The notes: generated from the letters alone by a model not told the origin. Numbered from the stretch's first letter, positions 44,297-53,190 are shown. The stretch: DNA of 64,000 bases from Gammaproteobacteria bacterium (GCA_007693855.1 RECU01000091.1:1955-65954), one strand, 5' to 3'. Made by a program: numbers and translations.

Positions 44297-45700
44297 GTGA
44301 ACGCCAGAACTGACCGTCTGCCGGGGCAGTCGGCCGATCGCATGGCACGCTTGGCCATGCGCGTTTACGCGCGCATGGCAGCACGCATCGATCAGGCCTT
44401 CGGCGAGCAGCAGGCCGCCTCGCGGGTAGGCCCCATGTTGCGTCTGGAAGTGGCGGCGGAGGGCCTCGAACCACTGGCCTGGCTGGCCGCACAGCACAAG
44501 CTGCCCCGGCTCTACTGGGCCGATCGCGAGCAGCGCCGCGGTGTCGCCGGTGTCGGGCTGGCCGATCGGCTGGCGCTCGCCGAGGGCATGACACCCGCCG
44601 AGCTGGTCGAGCGCACGGCCTCGCGTCTGCAGGATGCCTCGCCCGGGGTCCGGTACTACGGGGGCTTTCGGTTCGACGCTGCCGCTGCAGTGTCGGCGGA
44701 GTGGCAACCGTTTGGTCTTGGCTGGCTGGCGCTGCCGCGGTTCGAACTGGTGAGCGAAGGCGGACGGGTCCGCTTCGCCTGTAATGCCTTCCCCGGGCGC
44801 GATTCGCGCGCCCGGTTGCTGGAGGAGCTCGGTGGGCTGGTCTGCGACATCGAGCCGCTGTCGCCGGTGGCCCCTCCCGTGCGCAAGCTGGATTCGCCTT
44901 CGCGGGGCGCCTGGGCCGGGATGGTCCGCGCGGTCACCGACAGCCTGGGCCGGGGCGAGCTCTGCAAGCTGGTGCTGGCGCGGCGCACCGACATGGTATT
45001 CGCCGAGCGCCCGGATGCACTGGCGCTGCTGGCGGCGCTGTCCCGACGGAGTGGCCCCTGTTTTCACTTCTACTTCAATCCCGGCGGGGATACGGCCTTT
45101 CTCGGGGCGAGCCCGGAACGGCTGTTTCACCGTCGCGGCCGCCACGTCGGCACCGAAGCGCTGGCCGGCACCCGCGCCCGCGGCGCCACCGGGGCGGAGG
45201 ATGACGCATTGCGCGCGGAGCTGCTGAACTGCGGCAAGGACGGGCGCGAGCATGCCTGTGTGGTGCGTTACCTCGAACACAGGCTCGCACCGCTGACGAC
45301 AGGGGCCACCGAGGCCAAGGCGCTGCAGGTGCTGGGCCTGCCGCATGTGCAGCATCTCCATGTTGGGCTCAGCGGGGCCCTGGGGCCAGGCGTGAGCGAT
45401 GCCGCGCTGCTTGACAGCCTGCATCCCACCCCCGCGGTGGCCGGCGATCCGCCGCCGCAGGCTCTGCATCGCATCGCGGCGCTCGAGCCGTTCGATCGCG
45501 GCTGGTATGCCGGCCCGGTCGGCTACGTCGGTGCCGAGGAGAGCGAGTTCGCCGTCGCCATCCGCTCCGGTCTGCTGCACGATCGTGAATTGGCGCTGTT
45601 CGTCGGCGCCGGCATCGTCCAGGGTTCGGATGCCGCCGCGGAGTGGCAGGAGCTGGAGAGCAAGATGGCCAGCCTGCGGGCCGCCTGGGCCGATGAATGA
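44297..45700 (+). CDS. menF: isochorismate synthase
   Basis: 467 aa (GTG start, exact start uncertain). Chorismate-binding C-terminus ...HPTPAVAG...GWYAGPVGY...AIRS...GAGIV. First gene of the men operon. Confidence 0.85.
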   Translation: MNARTDRLPGQSADRMARLAMRVYARMAARIDQAFGEQQAASRVGPMLRLEVAAEGLEPLAWLAAQHKLPRLYWADREQRRGVAGVGLADRLALAEGMTPAELVERTASRLQDASPGVRYYGGFRFDAAAAVSAEWQPFGLGWLALPRFELVSEGGRVRFACNAFPGRDSRARLLEELGGLVCDIEPLSPVAPPVRKLDSPSRGAWAGMVRAVTDSLGRGELCKLVLARRTDMVFAERPDALALLAALSRRSGPCFHFYFNPGGDTAFLGASPERLFHRRGRHVGTEALAGTRARGATGAEDDALRAELLNCGKDGREHACVVRYLEHRLAPLTTGATEAKALQVLGLPHVQHLHVGLSGALGPGVSDAALLDSLHPTPAVAGDPPPQALHRIAALEPFDRGWYAGPVGYVGAEESEFAVAIRSGLLHDRELALFVGAGIVQGSDAAAEWQELESKMASLRAAWADE

Positions 45701-47502
45701 CTGCCGCGACGGCAGCGCTGAACGGCCGCTGGGCCGCGCTGGTCATTGAGGAACTTGTCCGGCTCGGCGTCCGTCACGTCTGCATCGCCCCCGGTTCGCG
45801 GTCGACCCCCCTGACCCTGGCGGCTGCCGGCCATCCCGCGCTGGCCTGCACGGTGCACTTCGACGAGCGCGCGCTGGCGTTCCACGCGCTCGGCCTGGCG
45901 CGCGGCAGTGGCCGTGCCGTGGTGGTGATCTGCACCTCGGGCAGCGCGGTGGCCAATCTGTATCCCGCAGTGGTCGAGGCCGCCATGGACGGCGTGCCGC
46001 TGGTGCTGCTCACCGCGGACCGCCCGCCCGAGCTGCGCGACACGGGCGCCAACCAGGCCATCGACCAGGTGGGCCTGTTCGGTGGCCACGCCCGCATGAG
46101 TGTCGACCTGCCGGTCCCGGCCGAGGACTACCCCGCCGAAGCGCTGCTGACCACGCTCGACCAGGCGCTGTACCGCTGCCGCCATCCCCTGCCAGGCCCC
46201 GTTCAGATCAATGTGCCGTTCCGGGAACCCCTGATTGCTCCCGGGGCGTCTCCGTCTCCGCCGTCGCCAACGCCAACGCTCTGGCCCGCATCGGACAAGC
46301 CCTACACCGAGTATCCGCCGCCACGGCATGCGCTGGCTCCCGACGCGCTGGGCGCCTTGCGGGCGGCGCTCGACGGCATCGAGCGTGGCCTGCTGGTGAT
46401 CGGTCGTCTGCGCGACGACAGCGAGCGTGCGGCCGCCGAGCGGCTGGCCGGCTGGCTGGGTTGGCCGGTGTGTGCCGACATCACCTCCGGGGTGCGGGCC
46501 AGCCGGGTGCCGGCGCCGTGGCTGCGCCACTACGACCTGCTGCTCGGGGCCGACCCTGAAGCGCTGGAGAGGCCGGACGGCATCCTGCATCTCGGTGGCG
46601 AGCTGGTCTCGAAACGGCTGCTCGGCCGCATCGACGCCTGGCGCGTGCCGCTGGTCCGGGTGGCCGATGATCCCCGGCGGCTCGACCCCGCACATCGGGT
46701 CCGCCTGCGTCTGCAGGTCTCGTTGGCCGCACTGGCCGAGGCGTTGGTGCCGGCAGCAGCGGGTGCGCCGAGCGCTGGGGCACGCCCGCCAGCGCCTCCC
46801 GCAGGCGCTGCCTCCGCCTGGCGCGATCGCCTGCTGGCCGCCGATGCCCGCCTCGGAACGGCGGTGGCCCGGGCGCTGGATGGGGCAGGGGAGCTCGATG
46901 AGCCGACGGTCTGCCGGCTGGTCTCGCGCGGGCTGCCAGAGGACGCCGTGCTGTGTCTTGCCGCGAGCATGCCGGTGCGGGACATGGACATGTTCGCTGC
47001 CGCGGACGGCGCCTGTGTGCCGGTCTACAGCAATCGCGGCGCCAGCGGGATCGACGGTACCCTGGCCACGGCCTGTGGGGTGGCTGCCGGCAGCGGGCGC
47101 CGGGTGGTGCTGGTGTGCGGCGATCTCGCTTTCCTGCATGATCTCAATGCCCTGGCACTGCTGGCCCGCCAGCGTCCCGCAGTGACCGTCGTGCTGCTGA
47201 ACAACGACGGCGGGGGCATCTTCTCCTTCCTGCCGGTGGCCGACGTCGGCGAGCCGTTCGAGGCCTATTTCGGCACACCGCACGGCCTGCCACTGGGCGA
47301 CCTCGCCCGCGGTTTCGGCCTCGCCTGCCGCGCACCTGACACGCGCGCGACGTTCCGCGTGGCGCTGGCCGAGGCGCTGGCCTCGGGGGCCCCCTCGGTG
47401 ATCGAAGTGCGAACCGATCGCGCGGCCAATCTGCGCCGCCACCGCGAACTGCTCGCGGACTTTACCGCCGCCCTGGGGTCTGACGCTGCTCCCGGGGCAT
47501 GA
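45697..47502 (+). CDS. menD: SEPHCHC synthase (ThDP enzyme)
   Basis: 601 aa, ATGA overlap with menF. IAPGSRSTPL, a ThDP motif region GDLAFLHDLN...NNDGGGIF. Confidence 0.9.
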   Translation: MTAATAALNGRWAALVIEELVRLGVRHVCIAPGSRSTPLTLAAAGHPALACTVHFDERALAFHALGLARGSGRAVVVICTSGSAVANLYPAVVEAAMDGVPLVLLTADRPPELRDTGANQAIDQVGLFGGHARMSVDLPVPAEDYPAEALLTTLDQALYRCRHPLPGPVQINVPFREPLIAPGASPSPPSPTPTLWPASDKPYTEYPPPRHALAPDALGALRAALDGIERGLLVIGRLRDDSERAAAERLAGWLGWPVCADITSGVRASRVPAPWLRHYDLLLGADPEALERPDGILHLGGELVSKRLLGRIDAWRVPLVRVADDPRRLDPAHRVRLRLQVSLAALAEALVPAAAGAPSAGARPPAPPAGAASAWRDRLLAADARLGTAVARALDGAGELDEPTVCRLVSRGLPEDAVLCLAASMPVRDMDMFAAADGACVPVYSNRGASGIDGTLATACGVAAGSGRRVVLVCGDLAFLHDLNALALLARQRPAVTVVLLNNDGGGIFSFLPVADVGEPFEAYFGTPHGLPLGDLARGFGLACRAPDTRATFRVALAEALASGAPSVIEVRTDRAANLRRHRELLADFTAALGSDAAPGA

Positions 47503-47512
47503 AGATCAGCCC

Positions 47513-48316
47513 ATGAGCGGCGGGTTCCACGTCCGCACCGCAGGCGATCCGGCACTGCCGCCACTGCTGTGCCTGCATGGGTTCCTCGGCAGTGGCGAGG
47601 ACTTTACCGGTCTCATGCCCGCACTGGCTGAGCGCTTCCACGTGCTTGCCCCGGATTTGCCTGGGCATGGTCGCAGCCGCCTGCCCGCGGAGGCCTGCAC
47701 CATGGCCGGCTGTGCGGCGGCGCTGATGGCGTGGCTCGGGCAGCAGGTAAACAGTCCGGTCTGCCTGTATGGCTATTCCATGGGCGGCCGGCTGGCGCTG
47801 TATCTCGCGCTGCACTACCCGGAGCGCTTTCAGGCGCTGGCGCTCGAGTCCGCTTCGCCGGGACTTGACGATGAGCGCGCGCGCGCAGCGCGGCGACAGC
47901 ACGACGAGGCGCTGGCCGCGCGGCTTGAGGCCGAGGGCACGCCGGCATTCGTCGCGGCCTGGTACGCGCAGCCGATGTTCCAGAGTCTGCGCGGACAACC
48001 GGGGTTCGCGGCGCTGCTGGCGCGTCGGCAGCGTCAGGCCGCGGCGGGCCTGGCGGCATCGCTGCGCGGCATGGGGACCGGCAGCCAGCCCTCGTTGTGG
48101 TCGGCACTCCCGTCGCTGTCGCCGCCTGTTATGGCGATCGTCGGCGAACACGACGCCAAGTTCCGCGAGATCGCGGCGCAGATGTCGGCATGTCACCCGC
48201 GCATGGAGCTACGCGTGGTTCCCGGCGCCGGGCATAATGTGCACATGGAGCAGGGCGCGACGGTGATCGCCTGCCTGCAGGGGTTTTTTTCACAGGGACG
48301 GCATCGGGACCCATGA
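47513..48316 (+). CDS. menH: SHCHC synthase (alpha/beta hydrolase)
   Basis: 267 aa. [14 protein letters not shown] and [10 protein letters not shown]. Position between menD and menB. Confidence 0.8.
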   Translation: MSGGFHVRTAGDPALPPLLCLHGFLGSGEDFTGLMPALAERFHVLAPDLPGHGRSRLPAEACTMAGCAAALMAWLGQQVNSPVCLYGYSMGGRLALYLALHYPERFQALALESASPGLDDERARAARRQHDEALAARLEAEGTPAFVAAWYAQPMFQSLRGQPGFAALLARRQRQAAAGLAASLRGMGTGSQPSLWSALPSLSPPVMAIVGEHDAKFREIAAQMSACHPRMELRVVPGAGHNVHMEQGATVIACLQGFFSQGRHRDP

Positions 48317-49146
48317 GCGATTACGGCTGGCGCAGCGCCGGGGACTACCATGACATCCGCTACGAGAAGGGCGAACGTGGCGCCCGGGGGATCGCCAGGA
48401 TCACTATCAACCGACCGGAGGTGCGCAATGCGTTCCGGCCACTGACCGTGCGCGAGATGATCGCTGCGCTGGCCGATGCCCGCGAGGACCCGGATGTCGG
48501 CGTGGTGATTCTCACCGGCGAGGGGGAGCTCGCCTTCTGCTCCGGCGGCGATCAGCGCATCCGCGGCGATGCGGGGTATCGTGACGACGGCGACGTGATG
48601 CGCCTGAACGTCCTCGACTTCCAGCGCCAGATCCGCACCTGCCCGAAACCGATCATCGCCATGGTGGCCGGCTATGCCATCGGCGGTGGCCACGTGCTGC
48701 ATCTGATGTGCGATCTCACGATCGCCGCCGACAATGCGCGCTTTGGTCAGACCGGGCCGCGCGTCGGCTCCTTCGACGGCGGCTATGGCGCGAGCTATAT
48801 GGCGCGGATCGTCGGTCAGAAGAAGGCCCGCGAGATCTGGTTTCTGTGTCGTCAGTACGACGCGCAGCAGGCGCTGGATATGGGCCTGGTGAACACGGTG
48901 GTGCCGCTGGATCGCCTCGAGGCCGAGACCGTACAGTGGTGCCAGGAGATCCTCGCCAACTCGCCCATGGCGCTGCGCTGCCTCAAGGCGGCGCTGAACG
49001 CCGACTGTGATGGTCAGGCCGGCCTGCAGGAGCTCGCCGGCAACGCCACCATGCTGTTCTACATGACCGAGGAAGGGCAGGAAGGACGCAATGCCTACGT
49101 CGAGAAGCGCAAGCCCGACTTCAGTCGCTTCCGCCGCCAGCCCTGA
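48313..49146 (+). CDS. menB: 1,4-dihydroxy-2-naphthoyl-CoA synthase
   Basis: 277 aa. Crotonase fold with [16 protein letters not shown] and [13 protein letters not shown]. Confidence 0.95.
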   Translation: MSDYGWRSAGDYHDIRYEKGERGARGIARITINRPEVRNAFRPLTVREMIAALADAREDPDVGVVILTGEGELAFCSGGDQRIRGDAGYRDDGDVMRLNVLDFQRQIRTCPKPIIAMVAGYAIGGGHVLHLMCDLTIAADNARFGQTGPRVGSFDGGYGASYMARIVGQKKAREIWFLCRQYDAQQALDMGLVNTVVPLDRLEAETVQWCQEILANSPMALRCLKAALNADCDGQAGLQELAGNATMLFYMTEEGQEGRNAYVEKRKPDFSRFRRQP

Positions 49147-49170
49147 CCGTCCGGCCGCGGGCGTGAGCCG

Positions 49171-50055
49171 ATGAACGCCTCCCCCGTGGTGCTCTGGCTG
49201 CTCGCCGCGCGGCCAAAAACCCTGCCGGCAGCGCTCGCGCCGGTGCTCGTCGGCACCGTGATGGCCGCGTCGGCGGGACTGGCGCACTGGCCGGCGGCTG
49301 TGGCGGCACTGCTCGGCGCGCTGTTGATCCAGGTCGGCACCAATTTCGCCAACGACTACTTTGATTTCCTCAAGGGCGCCGACACGGCAGCGCGGGTCGG
49401 GCCCAGGCGCATGGTGCAGTCCGGCCTGATCAGCCCCGCAGCCATGCGTCGGGCCGCGGTGATCGCCTTCGCGCTGGCCGTGCTCGTGGGGGCCTATCTG
49501 GTCTGGCGTGGCGGCCTGCCCATCCTGGCCGTGGGGCTGGTGTCGATCGCCAGCGGTGTGCTCTACACCGGGGGACCCTGGCCGCTGGCGTACAAGGGGC
49601 TTGGGGATCTGTTCGTGCTGGTGTTCTTCGGACCGGTTGCGGTGGGGGGCACGTATTACGTCCAGGCCCTGACGATCGATGGCTGGGTGCTGCTGGCCGG
49701 TCTCGGACCAGGGCTGGTGTCGGTCGCCATCCTCACGGTCAACAACCTGCGCGACATCGATACCGACGCGCGCGCCGACAAGCGCACGCTGGCCGTGCGC
49801 CTTGGGCCGGACTTCGCCCGCTGGGAGTATCTGCTGGCCCTGCTGGCGGCCGCGGCGCTGCCGCTGGTGTTTCTTGCCGCCGGGCGTGCCGGGCCGGCGA
49901 TCGCCCTGACCCTGCTGGTGCCGCTGGCGGCGATCCCCGCCATCCGGCGGGTCTTCGCCGCGCACGACGCCCTGGCCCTCAACCGCACGCTCGCGACCAC
50001 GGGGCAGCTGCTGTTGCTGCACGCGGTCCTGTTCTCCATCGGCTGGACGCTGTGA
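49171..50055 (+). CDS. menA: 1,4-dihydroxy-2-naphthoate polyprenyltransferase
   Basis: 294 aa. UbiA-family membrane protein with NDYFD and NNLRDIDTD motifs. Confidence 0.9.
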   Translation: MNASPVVLWLLAARPKTLPAALAPVLVGTVMAASAGLAHWPAAVAALLGALLIQVGTNFANDYFDFLKGADTAARVGPRRMVQSGLISPAAMRRAAVIAFALAVLVGAYLVWRGGLPILAVGLVSIASGVLYTGGPWPLAYKGLGDLFVLVFFGPVAVGGTYYVQALTIDGWVLLAGLGPGLVSVAILTVNNLRDIDTDARADKRTLAVRLGPDFARWEYLLALLAAAALPLVFLAAGRAGPAIALTLLVPLAAIPAIRRVFAAHDALALNRTLATTGQLLLLHAVLFSIGWTL

Positions 50056-51128
50056 CCCGGGCGCTGGCGGCGATCCGGCGCCAGGCCTACCGCGTGCCCC
50101 TCACACGTCCCTGGCGGGATGCCCGAGGGACGGTGAGCACCCGCGAGGGTTGGCTGGTCTGTGTCGAGGCGGCGGACGGCCAGCGTGGCTGGGGTGAGGC
50201 GGCCTGCCTGCCGACCCTGGGCACCGGCACCGCGACCGACATCGATGCGGCCCTGGCCTGGGCGGCGGACAGCCTGGTCGGGCTGGAGGCGGCCGAGGCC
50301 CTCGAGCGACTCGAGGGACTTGAGGCGCTTGAGGGTGCCAGTATCCTGGCCGGCGCACCGGCAGCGCGCTGCGCGCTGGAGTTCGCGCTGCTGGATCTGT
50401 CAGCCCGCCAAGCCGGCATGCCGCTATACCTCTGGTTGCGCGCTGACGCCGCGCCTGAGGTGGTCGTGAACGCCGCCATCGGCGGCCTGGACGACGGAAC
50501 GCCGCAGCGTCTGGCCACCGCCGCTGCGGCCGGCTACCCGGTGGCCAAGCTGAAGCTCGGGCTGGCCGCCGCCGAACGGGAATGGCCCGCGCTCGAACGG
50601 CTCCTTGCGGGCCGGCCGCCCGGCTGTGCGCTGCGCCTGGACGTCAATGGGGCCTGGCCGGTCGAAGTGGCCGCGCAGTTACTGCCACGCCTGTGTGGGC
50701 ACGGGATCGAGGCGCTGGAAGAGCCGGCCACGGCGGCCGGCGATGCCGTGCTGGCACGCTGGCAGGCGGCGCTCGACTATCCACTGGCAGTCGATGAATC
50801 CCTGCCCGCCCGCGCCGATACCGACCCGCTGCCCGTGCAACGCCAGGTACTCAAACCGATGCTGCTCGGCGGCCCGCGGCGGGCGCTGCGCCTGGCCCAG
50901 CGTCGCGCGGTCTCCAGCGTGGTCAGTTCAACGCTGGAGACGGCAGTCGGGCTCTGGGGGTGTGCGCACCTTGCCGCCGCCGTGCCTGTCGCCGGCGGTC
51001 GTCCGCTGGCGCATGGTCTCGATACTGGAGGGTGGCTGGCCCGGCTGCTGGGCCCTGCGTTGCCCGCCGACGGCGGGGTTACGTTGAGCGACGCGCCCGG
51101 CCTGGGGTTCGAGCCTGACATGGGCTGA
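50052..51128 (+). CDS. menC: o-succinylbenzoate synthase (enolase superfamily)
   Basis: 358 aa, 4-nt overlap with menA. KLKLG, LDVNGAW and VDESL metal-ligand contexts. Confidence 0.8.
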   Translation: MTRALAAIRRQAYRVPLTRPWRDARGTVSTREGWLVCVEAADGQRGWGEAACLPTLGTGTATDIDAALAWAADSLVGLEAAEALERLEGLEALEGASILAGAPAARCALEFALLDLSARQAGMPLYLWLRADAAPEVVVNAAIGGLDDGTPQRLATAAAAGYPVAKLKLGLAAAEREWPALERLLAGRPPGCALRLDVNGAWPVEVAAQLLPRLCGHGIEALEEPATAAGDAVLARWQAALDYPLAVDESLPARADTDPLPVQRQVLKPMLLGGPRRALRLAQRRAVSSVVSSTLETAVGLWGCAHLAAAVPVAGGRPLAHGLDTGGWLARLLGPALPADGGVTLSDAPGLGFEPDMG

Positions 51129-51316
51129 CCCGCACTGAATGAGTGATGTCACCATCACCGAGCGCCTACCGTACTGCTTCGATGATGGGGTTCCATCCCG
51201 TTTCCGCGGACGGTTTGGCAAAGGCTTCGACTTTTCAGATCGGTCGCATCGGTGGCCTATGTGAGGAAACTGCGAAAGATTGTTGACACTACCGCACGCA
51301 GGAGGCGGGAGGGGGA

Positions 51317-51385
51317 ATCTAACGTTCGAGCTCAGCTGCGAGCCGCGTGACAGGCCGGATCGTCGGCTGCAGCGGCAAGTTGGAT
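51317..51385 (-). repeat. attC-like site of cassette 2
   Basis: Minus strand: ATCCAAC (RYYYAAC) ... imperfect palindrome ... GTTAGAT (GTTRRRY), 69 bp, beginning 16 nt after the higA-2 stop. The 3' part (GCTGAnCTCGnnCGTTAGAT) is shared with the other site. Confidence 0.5.
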
Positions 51386-51401
51386 TCCGGGTCTTGGGCG
51401 T

Positions 51402-51674
51402 TCACGCCACATCCAGCAAGGCTCGCGGATTGTGGTCTGCAACAAGGAGCAACGTGCGAGCGGCTCCGCTAGGCGCACGCCGACCTTGCTCCCAATCTTG
51501 CAAGGTCCGCACAGAGACCCCCAGAAGCTCGGCAAATCGTGCCTGGGAGAGGCCGGTCTTCTCTCGAATCTGCCCGACGTCGGGAACGTTGATCACGCGC
51601 CCATGTTCACCGCGCTTGAGTTCGCGAAGCCCCTCAAGAATCTCGGCACCGATGTCACGTTTAAGCTTAGCCAT
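51402..51674 (-). CDS. higA: HigA-2-type HTH (XRE) antitoxin
   Basis: In ORF 51402..51731. ATG at 51674 gives MAKLKRDIGAEILEGLRELKRGEHGRV...IREKTGLSQARFAELLGVSVRTLQDWEQGRRAPSGAARTLL. Overlaps the toxin stop by 8 nt. Confidence 0.8.
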   Translation of the reverse strand: MAKLKRDIGAEILEGLRELKRGEHGRVINVPDVGQIREKTGLSQARFAELLGVSVRTLQDWEQGRRAPSGAARTLLLVADHNPRALLDVA

Positions 51675-51981
51675 CTTCCGTCTCCTCGCGAATCTTCCTA
51701 AGTACGTCCGTCGGTATCGATTCCGCGACACTCTTGGGATAGATCGTCAACATCCAGATCAAGTGTTTGGGGCGGCGCACAAAATAGATCAGCCGGTAGC
51801 CGCCCCGCTTACCTCTCCCGGGCGCTGCCACGCGGAGTTGCCGTATACCGCCTGAGCCTCGGATCACCGACCCTGCATCGGGATCAGCAATCAACTCCCG
51901 CTGCGCTGCAGCGTATTCATCGTCGGTGAGGCACTCCCGAACTAAGCGGGTAAAGAGCTTCGTCTCAACGAAGCTAAACAT
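51667..51981 (-). CDS. higB: HigB-2/RelE-family toxin
   Basis: 104 aa. MFSFVETKLFTRL...GSGGIRQLRVAAPGRGKRGGYRLIYF...WMLTIYPK resembles V. cholerae superintegron HigB-2 (from memory). Confidence 0.8.
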   Translation of the reverse strand: MFSFVETKLFTRLVRECLTDDEYAAAQRELIADPDAGSVIRGSGGIRQLRVAAPGRGKRGGYRLIYFVRRPKHLIWMLTIYPKSVAESIPTDVLRKIREETEDG

Positions 51982-51987
51982 TATCTG

Positions 51988-52015
51988 AGTATACGGCTTT
52001 GCCGTAGCTCGTCAA
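51988..52015 (-). promoter_or_regulatory. cassette-internal sigma70-like promoter of the higBA-2 cassette
   Basis: Minus strand: TTGACG (52015-52010), 16 nt spacer, TATACT (51993-51988). The ATG begins 7 nt after the -10 (6 intervening nt), implying a leaderless or near-leaderless mRNA. Palindrome ACGGCAAAGCCGT (52005-51993) abuts the -10. Confidence 0.5.
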
Positions 52016-52053
52016 GACCCCTGTATCGGCGGACGCGGGAGGCGGGAAAGGGA

Positions 52054-52152
52054 ATCTAACGACCGAGATCAGCGACAAAGCCAAGTGGCGCGGTATTTGC
52101 GCATGCAAAGGGCGTGACACTTGGCTTTGCCCGCTGCATCGACCTGTTATGC
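52054..52152 (-). repeat. attC-like site of cassette 1
   Basis: Minus strand: GCATAAC (52152-52146, contains the higA stop) ... 14-bp arms 52118-52131 / 52074-52087 (13/14 complementary) ... GTTAGAT (52060-52054), 99 bp. Confidence 0.5.
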
Positions 52153-52458
52153 GGCATCCAGTGGTTTGATTCGGGCCACATCCTTCTTTATCACCTGCGC
52201 CGCATCCCACAGGTCTACTGCTCGCTGAGCGTTCAACCAAAACTCCGGCGAGTTTCCGAACAGCCGTCCCAGGCGCAGCGCCATCTCCGGACTTACCGCA
52301 CGACGCTCCCGCAGCAGTTCGTTCACCGACTGACGCGAAACGCCCAGCGCCTCCGCCAGCCCCGAAACACTTAGTTCGTAGTCGGGAAAAAAGTCCTCGC
52401 GAAGCATCTCGCCCGGGTGCGTGGGCCTGCGCTTCATACCTGTATTGGGAATACTCAT
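52147..52458 (-). CDS. higA: HigA (VapI-type) HTH antitoxin
   Basis: 103 aa. RRPTHPGEMLREDFF...GLAEALGVSRQSVNELLRERRAVSPEMALRLGRLFGNSPEFWLNAQ. Confidence 0.85.
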   Translation of the reverse strand: MSIPNTGMKRRPTHPGEMLREDFFPDYELSVSGLAEALGVSRQSVNELLRERRAVSPEMALRLGRLFGNSPEFWLNAQRAVDLWDAAQVIKKDVARIKPLDAA

Positions 52459-52471
52459 GCCTCACACCTAC

Positions 52472-52753
52472 TCAGTGGTAGTCGCAGATCTCGACATCGT
52501 AAGCGTCACCGTCTTTGAACTGAAAACAGATCCGCCACTGGTCGTTAATCGAGATGGAATGCTGGCCCCGCCGGTCGCCCGAGAGAGCGTGGAGTCTGTT
52601 TCCTCGCGGAACCTTCAGGTCCTCCAGGCGGATCGCAAGGTCCAGATACTCAAGCTTACGAACAGCCCGCCTCCTGATGTCCGGCGGCCAGCGGGTCGAT
52701 TTTCCCGTAACGTAAAGCTCACGGGTGGCGCGATCCGCAAAAGTTTTGAGCAT
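52472..52753 (-). CDS. higB: HigB (plasmid maintenance killer, RelE superfamily) toxin
   Basis: 93 aa. MLKTFADRATRELY...LKVPRGNRLHALSGDRRGQHSISINDQWRICFQF..GDAYDVEICDYH. Confidence 0.85.
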   Translation of the reverse strand: MLKTFADRATRELYVTGKSTRWPPDIRRRAVRKLEYLDLAIRLEDLKVPRGNRLHALSGDRRGQHSISINDQWRICFQFKDGDAYDVEICDYH

Positions 52754-52760
52754 GCGCTCG

Positions 52761-52789
52761 AGCGTATGCTGTCACGTGACGCGTGTCAA
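52761..52789 (-). promoter_or_regulatory. cassette-internal sigma70-like promoter of the higBA cassette, with a palindromic operator candidate
   Basis: Minus strand: TTGACA (52789-52784), 17 nt spacer, TACGCT (52766-52761). Perfect palindrome GTCACGTGAC (52771-52780) lies in the spacer. The ATG begins 8 nt after the -10 (7 intervening nt). Confidence 0.55.
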
Positions 52790-52805
52790 GGCGTCCTCTT
52801 AGACC

Positions 52806-52925
52806 GCATAACTTTGATTTGGACCCCAAAAACGCGCCTTTTCAATAGAACGTTTTCGGTTTGATATACGGGAACTGGGAACGTAACCCCCTGTTCGAAT
52901 ACGTTGCGGCTGCTGGATCGGGGGG
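52806..52925 (-). other. attI-like region and attI/cassette-1 junction
   Basis: Located between the intI remnant start and cassette 1. The minus strand reads ...AAATCAAAG|TTATGCGG with the G at 52812. TTATGC is complementary to the GCATAAC core of cassette 1's own attC. Confidence 0.4.
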
Positions 52926-53190
52926 GTGACAAATCGAGGGGTAAAGCGAGAGGTGGACGCAGGGAATCGTCCGCGGCGACTGCTTGATCAGGTGCGAGAC
53001 GTGTTGCGCAGGCGGCATTATGCCTACCGGGCCGAGAAAAGCTACGTAGGGTGGATACGCAAATTCATCTTGTTCCATGGCCAGCACTGGGAGGAGTATG
53101 CCCAGCGGCTGGCACACAAGAGCAGGGAGGGAGATGTCATGATCCTGGGATTGCGTACCGCGATGTGTCACGCCAAAGACCTGGACGCTG
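52926..53190 (+). pseudogene. intI: integron integrase remnant (internally deleted and frameshifted)
   Basis: Translation RPRRLLDQVRDVLRRRHYAYRAEKSYVGWIRKFILFHGQ matches the IntI N-terminus. After about 20 unrelated codons, GLRTAMCHAKDLD resembles the GLRxxECLRLRVKDxDF box. About 80 aa between these are missing and nothing IntI-like follows in frame up to 53428. Confidence 0.65.

Larger units (their letters stand above)
51290..53190 (-). mobile_element. degenerate chromosomal integron: intI remnant, attI-like junction and two TA cassettes with attC-like sites
   Basis: See the individual features and findings. The cassette array reads on the minus strand away from the + strand intI remnant. 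The block has lower GC than its flanks. Confidence 0.55.

Noticed and set aside
44288-50022. Three long minus-strand ORFs (44288..45580, 45523..47442, 48193..50022) across the men operon
   Set aside because: Every men gene on the + strand is recognisable and translationally coupled. The antisense products are Arg/Gly/Pro-rich.
51139-51264. 41-codon + strand ORF (MSDVTITERLPYCFDDGVPSRFRGRFGKGFDFSDRSHRWPM) just after menC
   Set aside because: It is too short and has no recognisable family or SD sequence. It may be a gene fragment in the stump beyond the last attC, but this cannot be supported.
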